Origin: Cladosporium halotolerans
Taxonomy: Eukaryota
NCBI RefSeq assembly: GCF_011745625.1
Contig: NW_027191492.1
Span: forward strand, 1 to 64,000
DNA length: 64,000 nucleotides
Reading direction: 5' to 3'
How positions within the stretch are numbered: position 1 is the first letter of the stretch; every line of letters begins with the position of its first letter. Below the pieces are notes generated by a model that had not been told where the DNA came from, ran no database searches, and was given only the letters and a program-made list of their open reading frames with translations. A program made the translations under genes and the position numbers. This document shows, piece after piece, positions 45,926 through 58,634 of this stretch.

Positions 45926-47691
45926 ATGACGGCCGATACCAAGCATGTGGCGTTCGCGCGGGACGGTCAGCCTAAGAGGCGGCTGGTTCTCAATGCATTC
46001 GTTGAGATGTGTATGCTTGCATGCCACTATGTGAGATTCGTGCCCATCTCGGATGCTGACAGCCTGCAGGCTCCGGCCATCAGAGCCCGGGACTATGGAA
46101 GCACCCTGACGATCACTCTTCAGACTTCAATTCGGTCAAACACTGGATTAAGTTAGCACAGGAGTTGGAGAAAGGCAAATTTCATGGTATGTTCATCGCG
46201 GATGTGCTTGGTGGCTACGATGTCTACGATAAGACTCTGGATCATGCTGTGAAATCTGGTGCTCAATGGCCAGTCAACGAGCCGCTCTCGCTTATCCCTG
46301 CGATGGCAGCTGCGACGGAAAATCTAGGATTCGGGTGTACTGTGTCGACTAGCTATGAACAGCCTTACCATCTTGCTCGGAGACTGAGTACCGTAGATCA
46401 TCTTACTGGTGGCCGGTAAGGAAATCGCCATATGTTCTCCATCTAGCCCATCACTGACAGAAGTCAGGGTCGGTTGGAACGTCGTCACCGGATACCTCAA
46501 CAGCGCAGCCCGCAACCTAACTAATGGCCAAGAGCAAGCAGAACACGACGAGCGCTATGCCATCTGCGAAGAGTACATGCAAGTCGTGTACAAACTCTGG
46601 AACTCATCATGGCGCTCTGACGCCGTCAAGCTCGACGCCAAAGCAGGCATCTACAGCGACCCAACCCTCGTCCGTGAGATCAATCACGAAGGCAAGTATT
46701 TCAAGGTTCCTGGACCGCATGTCTGCCAGCCCTCGCCTCAACGCACGCCGGTCATCATGCAGGCTGGTACGAGCAAGGCGGGCAGAGCTTTCGCCGCCAG
46801 ACACGCCGAGGCCATCTTCGTCTCCACTCATAGCCCGGCGGGCGTCAAAGACGCGGTGGCAGATGTACGAGCACAGATGGCGGCCAATGGTCGCGATCCC
46901 GGGAGTTTGAAAGTGCTTGCCAAATTCTGCCCGATCCTTGGTCGGACACAGGAGGAAGCGGAAGCGAAGTACCGCGATCTCATACATTACGGCGACTATG
47001 AGGGTGCGCTGGCGTTGTTCGGCGGCTGGACAGGCGTCGATATGGCGCCCTACAGAGAAGACGAGGAGTTGAAATACGTAAAAAGCAACGCCATCCAGGG
47101 ATATATTCGGAATCTAATCAAGACGGCGCCAGATGTCAATGGAGGGAAGTGGACGAAGAAGACGCTAGCGCAGCATATTATGGGTGCGTTAGTGACATCT
47201 ACTCTCTTCATCATTCCTTGCTGACGTCGGTCGAATTACAGTCGGCGGTCTCGGAGCAACAAGTGTTGGCACGCCTGAGAAGGTTGCCGACGAAATGGAA
47301 CGATGGGTGAATGAAGGTGATGTTGACGGCTTCAACATCGTAGGTACCACATTCACATGCTTGTGCTCCAACACGGCTGACAACGTCTCAGGCTTACGCT
47401 CTGATACCCGGCACATTCACCGACGTGATTGAGCTTTTGATACCAGAGCTTCAGCGACGTGGCATTTTCTGGAATGATTATGCAGTTCCGGGAGGCACAT
47501 ACCGTGAGAATCTGACCGAGACACAGGGGCAGAACGAGCCACGAGATGATCATCCGGCTGCAGCCATGATCTGGAGAGCACCCGCCAATCGAGCGAACGG
47601 TCTGGCCAACGGCACTGACGAGATCATCAACGGCTGGCATGACAAAAGCACACATGAAGATCTGGACCCAGTATCGGCTCAGCTATGTTAA
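45926..47691 (+). CDS. Bacterial-luciferase-like flavin monooxygenase (DszA/NtaA/SnaA family), about 4 introns
   Basis: 'GHQSPGLWKHPDD', 'LEKGKFHGMFIADVLGGYDVY', 'YHLARRLSTVDHLTGGR|VGWNVVT', 'PSPQRTPVIMQAGTS' and 'LLIPELQRRG...GTYRENL'. Confidence 0.93.
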
Positions 47692-47699
47692 ACGATCAC

Positions 47700-48062
47700 T
47701 GCGGGTCCGCGTTACAAGCGGCTTTGGCCCAAACGTTGCGACCTTTGAGCCGACATCGGGCTCGCCGACGTCTTACGTGCCGCCGGGCGAGACTTCTGAG
47801 TCTGGAGAAGGATCGGCATCGTCCTCTAGTGGAGGAACTGATACAAGACTGATCATAGGGTTGTGTGTCGGGCTCGGCGTGCCTGCTTTGATTGCTATCG
47901 TTGGGACAATCTTGTGAGTGTACTGGCAGATGCTGAGCTCATGCAATCACTGACTAAATTTCCAGATTCTTTCGGAAGAGGGCGGCCGATCGACAGTCTG
48001 GGAATGCGACAAATAAGATTCGATACGAAGGTCCCGGTATGGTCGAGATTTTGTCGAAGTGA
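47700..48062 (+). other. Orphan 3' fragment of a single-pass (Mid2/Wsc-like) membrane protein gene
   Basis: S/T/G stalk plus TM 'LIIGLCVGLGVPALIAIVGTIL', a canonical intron (gtgagt..ctgac..ccag), then 'FFRKR...EILSK*'. No signal peptide or independent promoter is visible. Confidence 0.55.
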
Positions 48063-48927
48063 TCGGCTCGCTCAATATTTTGACGACATTCTTTTGTATT
48101 TAATGGCCCGAGGTTCCGCGGGGAGCTATTCCTGACGGACGTGAGGTTAATGATGGAAAATCGGATGTTGTGCTTTTTGACGGTCTACGAAATCGTGAAA
48201 CCAATCTAGTTGAAATGCTTCATCTAAAATCCGCCCAGTGCTGAGTGGTCAGCCTCAACTGCTATAATAGCGAGCAATGAGAAAGCCTTCGGACGCAACT
48301 CAAGCCGAGGACAGAAGGCTGCCAACAACCACCTTCGGCCAACACAGCGAGCACAGCCCAGAGTACCCTCCAATGATACCTTTTCCATCCCTCCCCAAAC
48401 CCTAATCCAACTCCGCCATCCACCTCTATCTTCCTTCCATACCCCAGACTCCAACCCGCCTACCCCTCACGCCACGACCTAAGCGAAGAAGCCCGAGTAG
48501 CCAGATCCAGCCAAAGCTCTCCAGTCCTCCCCACGCCAACCATCCTGCACCGCATGAAACCGGATAGAAACGTTCTTGGCTTCAGGATATGTTCCACGAA
48601 TCGCCCTCCACTCTTTGCAGAGAGAGCCAGCAGGACGGTGTAGATGTCGCTTTGGCCGGGCCGCCGGTCCTAGTTTGAGGAGCGAAGTCTGACAGCGGCC
48701 ATTGAGAGCTTTGGGCCGGGTCTGGAACGAGGAGCGAGTGTCTTGTCATGGGATCGCGAAAAGGATTATGGGATGTGTGGCGTTCACTTGGAGATTAGCC
48801 GTACCGGCAAGAAGCCCGTCGTGTACTGTCTCCCCAAGTAAAGTAAGAACATGAAAAGCACATAGTCCCCTACCCGGTCGTTCGATCAAAGTTACCGCTC
48901 CTGCGAGCGCGGTTGACCGTTACAATC

Positions 48928-50842
48928 ATGTCGACTCCCAAGCGCGACGCCGTCCACGCCGACGAGAAATCAGACCAAGACCTCAAGCACCTCGAGAATG
49001 TCGACCTCCACGACAAAGCGCTCAACGCCGGCGCGATGGAAGCGACCGCCGCAGAGCACAGCGTGGGCTTCGTCGAGGGCTTCAAGACGTACAAGCGCGC
49101 GGCGTTCTGGTCGTTCAGTAAGACCGCTCATCCATCCCACGCAGTGACCGAAAGGACGTCACGCTAACAATGCTTGATAGTCATCTCCATGACGGTCATA
49201 ATGGAAGGCTACGACGTAACCCTCCTCGGCTCCTTCTACGGCTACCCGACCTTCCGGCGCAAGTACGGCGCCTACCTCGACGCCGACAGCGGCTTCCAGA
49301 TCTCCTCCACCTGGCAGCAGCGCTTCAACTGCCTGGCGGCCGTGGCCAACATCGTCGGCGCGCTGATGAACGGCTGGGCGACGGCGCGCTGGGGCCACCG
49401 CAAGGTCCTCATCGGCAGCCTGTTCTGGCTGTCGGCGTTTATCTTCGTCGTGTTTTTCGCGCCGAACATCGAGGTGTTGCTCGTCGGGCAGACGCTGTGT
49501 AATGTGCCGTGGGGCGTGTTTGCGACGACGGGGCCGTCGTATGCGGCGGAGGTCACGCCGTTGGCTATCAGGGGGTATTTGACGGCGTATATCAATTTGT
49601 GTTGGGTTATTGGGCAGTTTTTGAGCGCGTTGATATTGAATGCGCTGGTGGATAATCCGACGCAGTGGGGGTATAGGATTCCGTTTGCGCTGCAGGTGAG
49701 GATTGAGCATCGAGTTTTTTTGTTGGTGTGGGCCAGTGACGAGATCCCGTACTGACTTCAATCCAGTGGATGTGGCCGGTCCCCCTGGCCCTGGCAGCCT
49801 ACTTCGCGCCAGAATCACCCTGGTACCTAGTCCGGCAAAACCGGCTCGAAGCTGCGAAGGCGTCGCTGAAACGACTATCAAACCCCAAGCACAACATCAA
49901 CTACGACAACGCGGTGGCGCTGATGGTGCACACGAACAAGCTCGAGGAAGAAGAGCGCGCGGGCGCGACGTACTGGGACGCTCTGCGCGGAACGAACCTG
50001 CGGCGCACGGAGATCGCGTGCATGGCGTTCATGTCGCATATCACCAATGGCGGCGCGCTGTGCTACAGTGGGAGTTTCTTCTTCCAGCAGGTTGGCATTG
50101 CGGACAATATTGCTTATGCGATTACGTTGGGCGGCAAGGGGCTGTGCTTCGTCGGGACGGTGTTGTCGTGGTTTTATATTCACCGGTTTGGGCGAAGGAC
50201 GATCTGGCTGACTGGGTTCGCGACGCTGACGGCTATTCTCTGGACGATTGGGTTCTTGTCTCTGCCGAGCCAGAACATGCCGCTGTCTTGGGGCCAGTCG
50301 CTGCTCTGCGTCGTCTGGCTTGGTGTGTACTCCATGTCTGTTGGGCCGATCGTGTACACGCTCGTGGCGGAGATTGGGTCCACGAGGCTGCGGACGCAGA
50401 CGGTCGTGCTCGGACGAAGTGTGTACTACTTTGGCAACATCATCTTCGGCGGTATCTTGCAACCGAAGTTCATGTCGCCTGGCGATTGGAATCTGAAGGG
50501 AAAGACGGTGAGTGCGATGAAATGGACAATATTACCCTCCTTCACGTCATCTGCTGACATCGCAGGCTTTCTTCTGGGCCGTACTCGCGACACTGACGCT
50601 GACTTGGGGCTATTTTCGCCTACCCGAGACCAAGGACAGGACGTTTGGAGAGATGGACATCCTGGTGAGAGCGTTCAAATTGCGGACTAACCAGTCTCGG
50701 AACTAACTCCGGTGCGCAGTTTCAAAAGGGCGTGTCGGCTCGCGACTCTGCAAAGGCCACCGTCACTGAGGAGGATGTCAACCTGACTCGGAGCGCTGCT
50801 GTCGACGCAGGGGAAGCCACGCGTGAGAAGAGTGGTAGCTGA
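48928..50842 (+). CDS. Alpha-glucoside/maltose permease (MAL11/MPH-like), about 4 introns
   Basis: 'ISMTVIMEGYD', 'FYGYPTFRRKYG', 'PWGVFATTGPSYAAEVTPLAIRGYLTAYINLCW', 'APESPWYLVR', 'GTNLRRTEIAC', 'AEIGSTRLR' and 'RLPETKDRTFGEMD'. Confidence 0.93.
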
Positions 50843-52091
50843 TGATGATGGTGGAGATAAGATCCGAGAAATGTGCGCGAAGTGTTTGCAGGCTTAGCAG
50901 CTTTCCAGGGATCGAGAGATGATCATGCACGTCTGTCGGGCATCTCCGCGCATCTCGTGCGAAGGGTCTCGTGTAGATCGATAGGTCCCAATTTTAGCGG
51001 GTTCGCGTTCCGGACGAAAGTTGATGCGAATGATGCGGGTTTTCCGGTCAAGATCGAGCATCGGTTTCGATGTTTCTTGTTCTCATCACTATTCGAAGGC
51101 GCCCGTCTCATCACAAGTGACCCGTACGAGCTTTGGCCAAGGAGTCATGGCCTCCGCCGTGACATGCTCATGGCATCAGTGAAGATGGCTTCCCTTGCGG
51201 TACGGTACGTACAGTAGGTACCTGTCGAACGCAGATCTTGTGTCGCAATCAGGGTAGGTGTATGTAGGAACGAGCACGATCCCTGTCTCTGTATGTACAT
51301 GCGGTCGTCATACGTACAGTACAGTACACGGGCTGCCGACGTCGTGCCGGCGACCGAGTACGTGCGTGTCGTTGCGGTCTCTCTTCTTTCGCGCCCGCAA
51401 GACAAGGTCGAAACTCGGGCGCCACGCTGCACAGCAGATGGCCTGCCTGAGGTCGATGCCCGCACGCGCAGAGCTGAGCGCGATGGCAGATGTGGTAATC
51501 GCCCGAGCGACGGCCACGACTCGGCCGAGGCAGACACTGCAGAGTTCGGTGGCTGCGTCACGTCGCTGCACTCCACCACCCAAAAGTCCGGGCACAACGT
51601 GGAGTGCGGGGATGCGACGGGACTGAGGCGTCTGAGGCATCTGAGGCATCCACTCTGCCACTCCATCCACTCCCTGCCACGCCTGCCATCCTCGGTAAGC
51701 CGCGACATCAGCTCGACCAGCCCTCCGCCCCAGCCTGCGCCGAGTGGGCACGTCTGATGTGCCCGCCGATTCTTCCGAAACGCTTCCTCAACTCCGCATA
51801 CACGACCATCTCCACAACATCTTGATCGTCCTTTTTCCACGGAACTTTCCAAACTCTCTTTCGAACCTCCTTTGATCCTTCGCCGCAACGCCAACGCGCC
51901 CCAAAAGCCTTTATAGCTCTCGTGCTCCTATTTGAATAGCCCCTCCACTATTCGTGCCCTAGCCCATTGGCATTGATGCAATAGCCTCGGTCTGGCCCAT
52001 ATTCTTGCATACATGCCGCCCGTGTCTTCGTGATCACGTCTCCCGCCCTCCTCCATTCCGCCTTTCGACTTGACATACATTTTTGCCAAAC

Positions 52092-53916
52092 ATGCCGTTC
52101 GAAACACCTTCATGGGTGCCCGCCCTGCCGGACATCCCCACCCACATCTCCCTCGAGCAGTTCATGTTCGATGAAAACTACGGTCGTTACCCGCTAGGCT
52201 ACTCCAACGCTCCCTTCCAGTGCGGCATCTCCGGCAGACAGTACAGCTTTCTCGAAGTAAAAGAGCGCGTCGATCACCTCGCGCGAGCACTAGGCAAAGA
52301 ACTCGGCTTCAAGCCCAACGAAGGATCAGAATGGGACAAGACGGTCGCAGCCTTCAGCGTCAACACCATCGACTACCTTCCCTTGTGCTGGGCGGTCCAC
52401 AAACTCGGCGGCATCCTCACCGCCGCCAACGCAGCATACAGCGCGGGCGACCTTGAATTCCAGCTGAAACACTCCGGCGCGAAAGCAATCTTCACCAGCG
52501 CCCTTCAACTCGAAACGACCAAAGAAGCCTGCGCCAAAGCCGGCATCCCACCCTCGCGAATCTTCATCCTCCCCATCCCCGACGAAATCGCCGGCGGCAT
52601 CTCCACAGCAGGCCACAAGACGATCGACGACTTCATCGCCGAAGGCACCAAGCTCCCCAAACTCCCCGCCCTCAATTGGAAAGAAGACGATGGCGCCAAA
52701 AAGGTCGCCTTCCTCTGCTACAGCAGTGGCACCTCCGGCCTGCCCAAGGGCGTCATGATCTCGCACAAGAACGTCATCGCCAACACCCTCCAGGTGCGCA
52801 CGAAGGAGCAGCCCTCCCGCGACGCCCGCAAGGCCAAGCACAACATCGCCGAGTGGACGGAGAACTGCCTCGGCCTGCTGCCCCTCTCGCACATCTACGG
52901 GCTCATCGTCATCGCCCACGTCGGGCCCTACCGCGGCGACGGCGTCGTCGTCCTGCCCAAATACGACTTCAAGCTCCTCCTACAGACCATCCAGGACTAC
53001 AAGATCGCCACCCTCTACCTCGTCCCGCCTATGATCATCCACCTCACCAACGCCAAGGACATCGTCAAGAAGTACGACCTCTCCTCCGTCCACGGCTGCT
53101 TCACGGGCGCCGCGCCGCTGGGCAAGGAGACCGCGGAAGACTTGCAGGGCATGTTTCCCGCCTGGGACATCCGGCAGGGCTACGGGCTGACGGAGACGGC
53201 GACCGTCGTCTGCGCGACCGTCTCCGGCGACATCTGGTTCGGCAGCTCTGGCAGCTTGCTGCCGGGCGTCAAGGCGAGGTTGGTGACGGTCGAGGGCAAC
53301 GAGATCACGGGCTACGACCAGCCGGGCGAGCTGTGGGTGAACTCGCCTAGCGTCACGCTGGGGTATTTGAAGAACGAGCAGGCGACGAAGGAGACGTTCG
53401 TCGAGGAGCAGGATGGCCGGTACATGCGGACGGGCGACGAGGCGGTTGTGCGGCGGAGCCCGAACGGCAACGAGCACATTTTCATCGTGGATCGCATCAA
53501 AGAGTTTGTTCTCCCTCAGGATCTCCCCGTATCATCCGCAACATCTTGCTGATTGACCCCGAACCAGACTCATCAAGGTAAAGGGCCTCCAAGTCGCCCC
53601 CGCCGAGCTCGAGGCGCACCTTCTCACGCACCCTGCCGTCTCTGACGTCGTAGTCATCGGTGTCCCGTCCGACCGCGAAGGCGAGGTCCCCAAAGCTTTC
53701 GTGGTGAAGGCCCCCGGGTCCATCGAGGAGAGCGACGCGCTGCTGAAGAGGCAGATCAAACAGCATGTCGAGAAGCATAAGAGTAATCACAAGTGGTTGA
53801 GGGGCGGGGTGGAGTTCATTGATATCGTGCCGAAGAGCCCGAGTGGGAAGATTTTGCGGAGGATGATGAGGGATCGGGAGAGGGAGAGGATGAAGAAGAG
53901 TGGGGCGAAGCTGTGA
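52092..53916 (+). CDS. Peroxisomal 4-coumarate-/phenylacetyl-CoA-ligase-like AMP-binding enzyme, 1 intron
   Basis: 'YSSGTSGLPKGV', 'QGYGLTET', 'GELWV', 'RTGD', 'IVDRIKE|LIKVKGLQVAPAELE', 'PKSPSGKILRR', and C-terminal PTS1 -AKL. Confidence 0.93.
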
Positions 53917-54578
53917 GGATGGGGATTATCATGTGCATGGGTGGTATCTTTTGAGCGCTTTTCTCTCTCCGGTTTGGGTCTTGAGGAAATTTTGGGATGA
54001 CTTGTCGATATTGCTACACATCATACAGTAATGTCTCGTCGCATTTGCGAATGCAACATGATTAGCAGGTCTCGAAATCGCTACCACCTCAAGCCTGTTT
54101 CGTTGACATGTGGCTGTGTTTGCCGGCGTTCGGCGTTCAGAGGTATAGCATGACAGGAAATAGAGAAACACTCGACACGGCGTTCGTCTAGTACAATTCA
54201 ATATGTTCCATACTGGTCTCTCTTCATGCAAGAAACAATCATACAGCGCCCAACTTGGAAGGCAGCAAGCAAGGCGGCAGCTGAAGCTGAAGCTCGACTC
54301 CACTTCATCAGACGCCCAATGATTTCATCGGGACTCGGCTCTTTGCCGAAGATAAGACCAGCAGAGCATCACAACTCCGGGCTCGCTGAACTCCGTCTTG
54401 CAACATCGGTGTGTCGATTAAGATTTATCTACTTAGGTCTCTCCTTACGGAATCGGCATTCTGTTCTGAAAAAGCATCCGACGACAAATACATATGACCA
54501 TCCTCTTTGGCCACTCGAGAGAACACAACACCTTCGAGCATCCCGGACTCTCAACCAGAACCAGTACTTCCAGCAAAC

Positions 54579-56078
54579 ATGGCGCGAACGATTCCCGACC
54601 TCCCCAAGCTGGGCCAACCCACCTCATTGCCAACGGAGAAATCAAGCAACTCCTTTTGGCACTCGGAGCCTTCGCCACTGCTGCTTGGCCATCGATCAAC
54701 TAGAGAGCTTCCCGCCACTGCAGATGTGGTTATCATCGGAAGTGGTATCACAGGCGCCAGCATCGCTCACCACCTCTTGAACAACAACGATGGCTCTGCG
54801 GATCGGCCTCTCGATGTTGTTATGCTGGAGGCTAGAGAGGCGTGCTGGGGTGCAACTGGAAGGGTAAGCCGACTGTATCTATAACTAAACCACACAATCA
54901 CTAACTCCCTCCTTCAGAACGGCGGCCACTGCCAGCCTATTTTCTTCGAATACCCGCACGACCCTGAGATCGGCCACTTCGAGCTGTCGAACTACAACAC
55001 CCTCAAATCCCTCATCGAAACCTCCTCCATCGACTGCGAATGGAACGCCCAGCCCGGCGTCCGCGGCATCTACAGCGCCTCCAAGCTCGCTCAAGCCCGC
55101 GACAACATCGCCATCGTCCAACGCACCAAACCAGAGCTCGGCAACCTCATGACGCTCGTCACCGACAAACCCACGCTCACCAAATACCACCACCCGCACG
55201 CCCTAGGCGCCGTCATAACCTCCCTCGCCGCCCGCCTCTGGCCCTACAAACTCGTCGCCCACATCCTCTCCACCCTCCTCACCGCCCCCTCCAAACCCCT
55301 AAACCTCCAAACCCTCACCCCCGCCCTCTCCATCTCCTCCGACCCCTCCTCCCCCCACACCCACACCGTCCACACCCCCCGCGGCCCCATCGCCACCAAG
55401 ACCATCGCCCTCGCCACAAACGCCTACACCTCCCACCTCCTCCCCGCCTTCGCCGACCTCATCGTCCCCGTCCGCGGCCAGATGTCCGCCCTCGCGCCCC
55501 CGCCCTCCCTCTCCGGCCCCTCCGCGCGCCTGCACACGAGCATGGGCTTCGAGGGCGACGGGCTCGACGACTACCTCATCCAGCGGCCCGAGGCGCGGGG
55601 CGGGCACCTGATGTTCGGCGGCGGCCGGAATCTGGGCGAGAGCATGGGCGTCACGGACGACGGGGTCGTCGAGGCCAAGACGGCGCGGTATTTGAGGCGG
55701 ACGCTGCTGGACGCGTGTGGGTTGCCGGAGGGGAGGGATGCGGGCGCGGAGTTGGCGGCTGTCGCGGAGTGGACGGGGATTATGGGCTTTTCGCGCGATG
55801 AGGTGCCTTGGGTTGGGCCGGTGCCTGGGGATGGGGGAAGGGGGGTTTTTGTTGCGGCGGGTTTTACGGGGCATGGCATGCCGAATACGTGGTTGAGTGG
55901 GAAGGCTGTGGCGAGTATGGTGCGGGCGGGGCTGAGGGGGGAGGATGGGGTTGAAGTTGCGAGGAGGGAGACGGGGTTGCCGGGGGCTTATCTTGTTACG
56001 GAGCAGAGGGTTGAGAGGGCGCTGAAGGGGGAGAGTGTGGAGATTAGGGATGAGAAGGAGAAGGGGAGAGGGGAGTAG
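54579..56078 (+). CDS. FAD-dependent oxidoreductase (DAO/PuuB-like family), intron about 54863-54918
   Basis: 'DVVIIGSGITG', 'LEAREACWGATGR|NGGHC', 'LWPYKLV', 'ATNAYT', 'WTGIMGFSRD.VPWVG' and 'AGFTGHGMP'. Confidence 0.92.
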
Positions 56079-56444
56079 GTTGTTTGGTTGCTCATTAGAC
56101 GGGTTGATATTCGAAAGAGAACAAGATGAGCTATCTGAAGAAGTTGTGACTGCCGATCCGTGTCTGGCATCCCAGGTGATTTGAGGAGCACGACTCTCTC
56201 TCTCGATCCATTTGCAACTCGATTCAAAAATCTCGATCTATCAACGGAATTATCTCACCCTGTTGAATCTTCAGACGAGACCACGCCTCATTCTGATATC
56301 GTAATAAACCCCTGTTTATCAGATAAATCTATATCGGGCCCTGGAATCGAAAGCCGGATCAAACGTATCAACTGCTTGCTTAGAAAGAAAATTGAGTCTT
56401 CATGAAATGGTATATCCATCAACATCCCAACATCATACCCATCT

Positions 56445-57971
56445 CTACTCGGCCCCAAACACCAATCCAACACCATCATCGCCCGCGGTGACAACCGCCT
56501 TTCCACCACCCCCCTGCACAAAGCCCAGAATGCCACCTCCCTCTCCACCACCCCTATGCCCCCTCATCTCCCCAAGCAACCCCCGATTCGCCGCCGCAGT
56601 ACCACCCCTCACATCCCACCTCCTCACAACACCATCATTGCCCGCACTCGTCAGCAGCCAATTTCTCTCCCCGCCCGCCGCGGCTCCAGCCTTGACAAAC
56701 TCCACTTTAATCACAGCCTCCTCCTCATGCGCCTCCTTAATGTGCCTCCGCACCGCGAAGTTGTGCGCCGCGTCGTACAGCGCTATGCTGCCGTCCACTG
56801 ACCCCGCCGCGAGCAAGGTCAGAGGCGGCTGGCTGAAATCCAGCGTCTCGACGCCGTCGCTCTGCGCTTGCAGGCTCGCCAAGATCTGGCCCGACTGCCC
56901 CGCGGCCGCCGACGAGGCATTGCCTTTGCCGCCCGCCTGCTTCTGCCCGCCGGTCTTCGAGCGCGCGCCCGCGCCTTTCGAGCCAGAGGTTGCGCTCACG
57001 GCGCTCGCGGGGAGCGACAGGCGCGGGAGGCCGACGATGCGGACGTGCCCTTCTGCGCCGCCGACGGCGACGATCGCGCCGCCGGGAGAGATCGCGGCGC
57101 TGTACAGGCCGCCGTCGACGAAGAAGCGCTCGTCTTGCGAGGTCAGGGCGACGACGGCCTGGCCGCCGGAGGGGTCGGTGAGGCCTGCGGCGGCCGCGTC
57201 GCCGAAGGCGTCCCAGACGTACAGGCTGCTGTCTTCCGCGACGGTCGCGAGGAGTTTGCCGTCGGGCGTCCAGGCGCCGGCTGTGCAGGCGCCTTGGTGG
57301 AGGAAGAAGGTCTGGAAGATGGTGAGGGGGTTGGAGGCGTCGGAGGCGTTAATGGTGTAGATCCAGACGGAGCCGTCGGCGGCGCCAAGGGCGATGGTGT
57401 TGGGGTAGTCGGGGTGGGGGCAGGGGAGGAGCCAGTTGATTTCGTCGACTTCTTTGGCGGAGGCGACGAGTTTGGCGGCGCCGGGGGCGGTGGGAGTGTG
57501 GTAGGCGCTGAGCTTGCCGGCGAGAGTGCCGGTCACGACGTACTCACCGGCCGGGAGGGTGAAGCAGACGGCGTTGACGCTCTCGTCCTGGCCTTCGAAT
57601 TGTGAGATGACCTGCTGGCCTTTGCGTTCTTTCGGCTGCGGGTTGGTCTCGTAGCTCTGGGGAAGCAGCGGTCCCTCAGGAGGTGTCGCGTCCCACATGT
57701 ATGCCGTGTCGTCGCCTCCTCCTGTCACGACCAGCTCGGGTCTCGTGGGGTGCTGCGCGATGCAGAAGATGCTGTCCTTGTGGCCGTCGAAGTGGGCGAC
57801 GCTGTCGTTCTGGATCATGATCTCTTCGAGCACACCATTGTCGTCGCCCATGCCATCTTCATCTCCTGAATCCATCGCCGCGTCCTCGTTCTGCTCGACC
57901 ACCTCTTCCGCCTCGTTCTCGTCGAACATGTCGTCCTCCGCCTCGTGCATTCTGTCGTCGCGGTCCGCCAT
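56445..57971 (-). CDS. SQT1: WD40 60S ribosome assembly chaperone Sqt1
   Basis: Acidic N-terminus, 'NDSVAHFDGHKDSIFCI', and WD repeats ('CTAGAWTPDGK', 'GSVDGSIALYD', 'TAGDDG'). Confidence 0.85.
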   Translation of the reverse strand: MADRDDRMHEAEDDMFDENEAEEVVEQNEDAAMDSGDEDGMGDDNGVLEEIMIQNDSVAHFDGHKDSIFCIAQHPTRPELVVTGGGDDTAYMWDATPPEGPLLPQSYETNPQPKERKGQQVISQFEGQDESVNAVCFTLPAGEYVVTGTLAGKLSAYHTPTAPGAAKLVASAKEVDEINWLLPCPHPDYPNTIALGAADGSVWIYTINASDASNPLTIFQTFFLHQGACTAGAWTPDGKLLATVAEDSSLYVWDAFGDAAAAGLTDPSGGQAVVALTSQDERFFVDGGLYSAAISPGGAIVAVGGAEGHVRIVGLPRLSLPASAVSATSGSKGAGARSKTGGQKQAGGKGNASSAAAGQSGQILASLQAQSDGVETLDFSQPPLTLLAAGSVDGSIALYDAAHNFAVRRHIKEAHEEEAVIKVEFVKAGAAAGGERNWLLTSAGNDGVVRRWDVRGGTAAANRGLLGEMRGHRGGGEGGGILGFVQGGGGKAVVTAGDDGVGLVFGAE

Positions 57972-58634
57972 GGTCGTGTGTGCAGTATTAAATTCGTGTG
58001 TATACGCTGGTGCTTCTTCTTTTCGTTCGTAAAGGTCGTGAATGAAGAGTGTGTAAGTATGCCAGGAGCGAAAAGGAAAAGTCTAGCACTGGCTTAGAAA
58101 TCCATAAAATGTTTCCAAAAGTGACGAAGAAGTCGGATGGTGGGGCAACGTGAAAACGCGGGGCAAGACGATGCGACATCAAGCTCGAGGCTCAGCAGTC
58201 GCCGCCAGGAATCACCGGATCGGATTGTAGGTATATCTCTGTCTGATGTCCTCAAAAGACGTATCAAAACCACACATTTCATCCTTGAAACTGCGCTCGA
58301 ACAGCAACAAATACGTTTGTGTCTTCATGGCCGACGCCCTTCTAGAACCCGTTGTGAAATGTGAGATCAAGAGAATGCGAAACAGCCCAAAAAACAAAAT
58401 GTCCACACAAGCCAAAGACGAAATGTACAAGTTTTTCGATATGGTCCGATGAGTAGATGGATAGTGTACAGGGACTGCCGCTCCCGCTCCCTCCTCTTTC
58501 TTTTCCTCGAGCAGTCCCAAAAAAAAAAGACATCCAACCAATCCAAGAGTGGCAAGTCAAAAAAACGACCTCTTTCTCTCTGTCTCTACCATGCATGTCA
58601 ACACAAACCCAAAAACCCCTCTATCAGAATTTTT

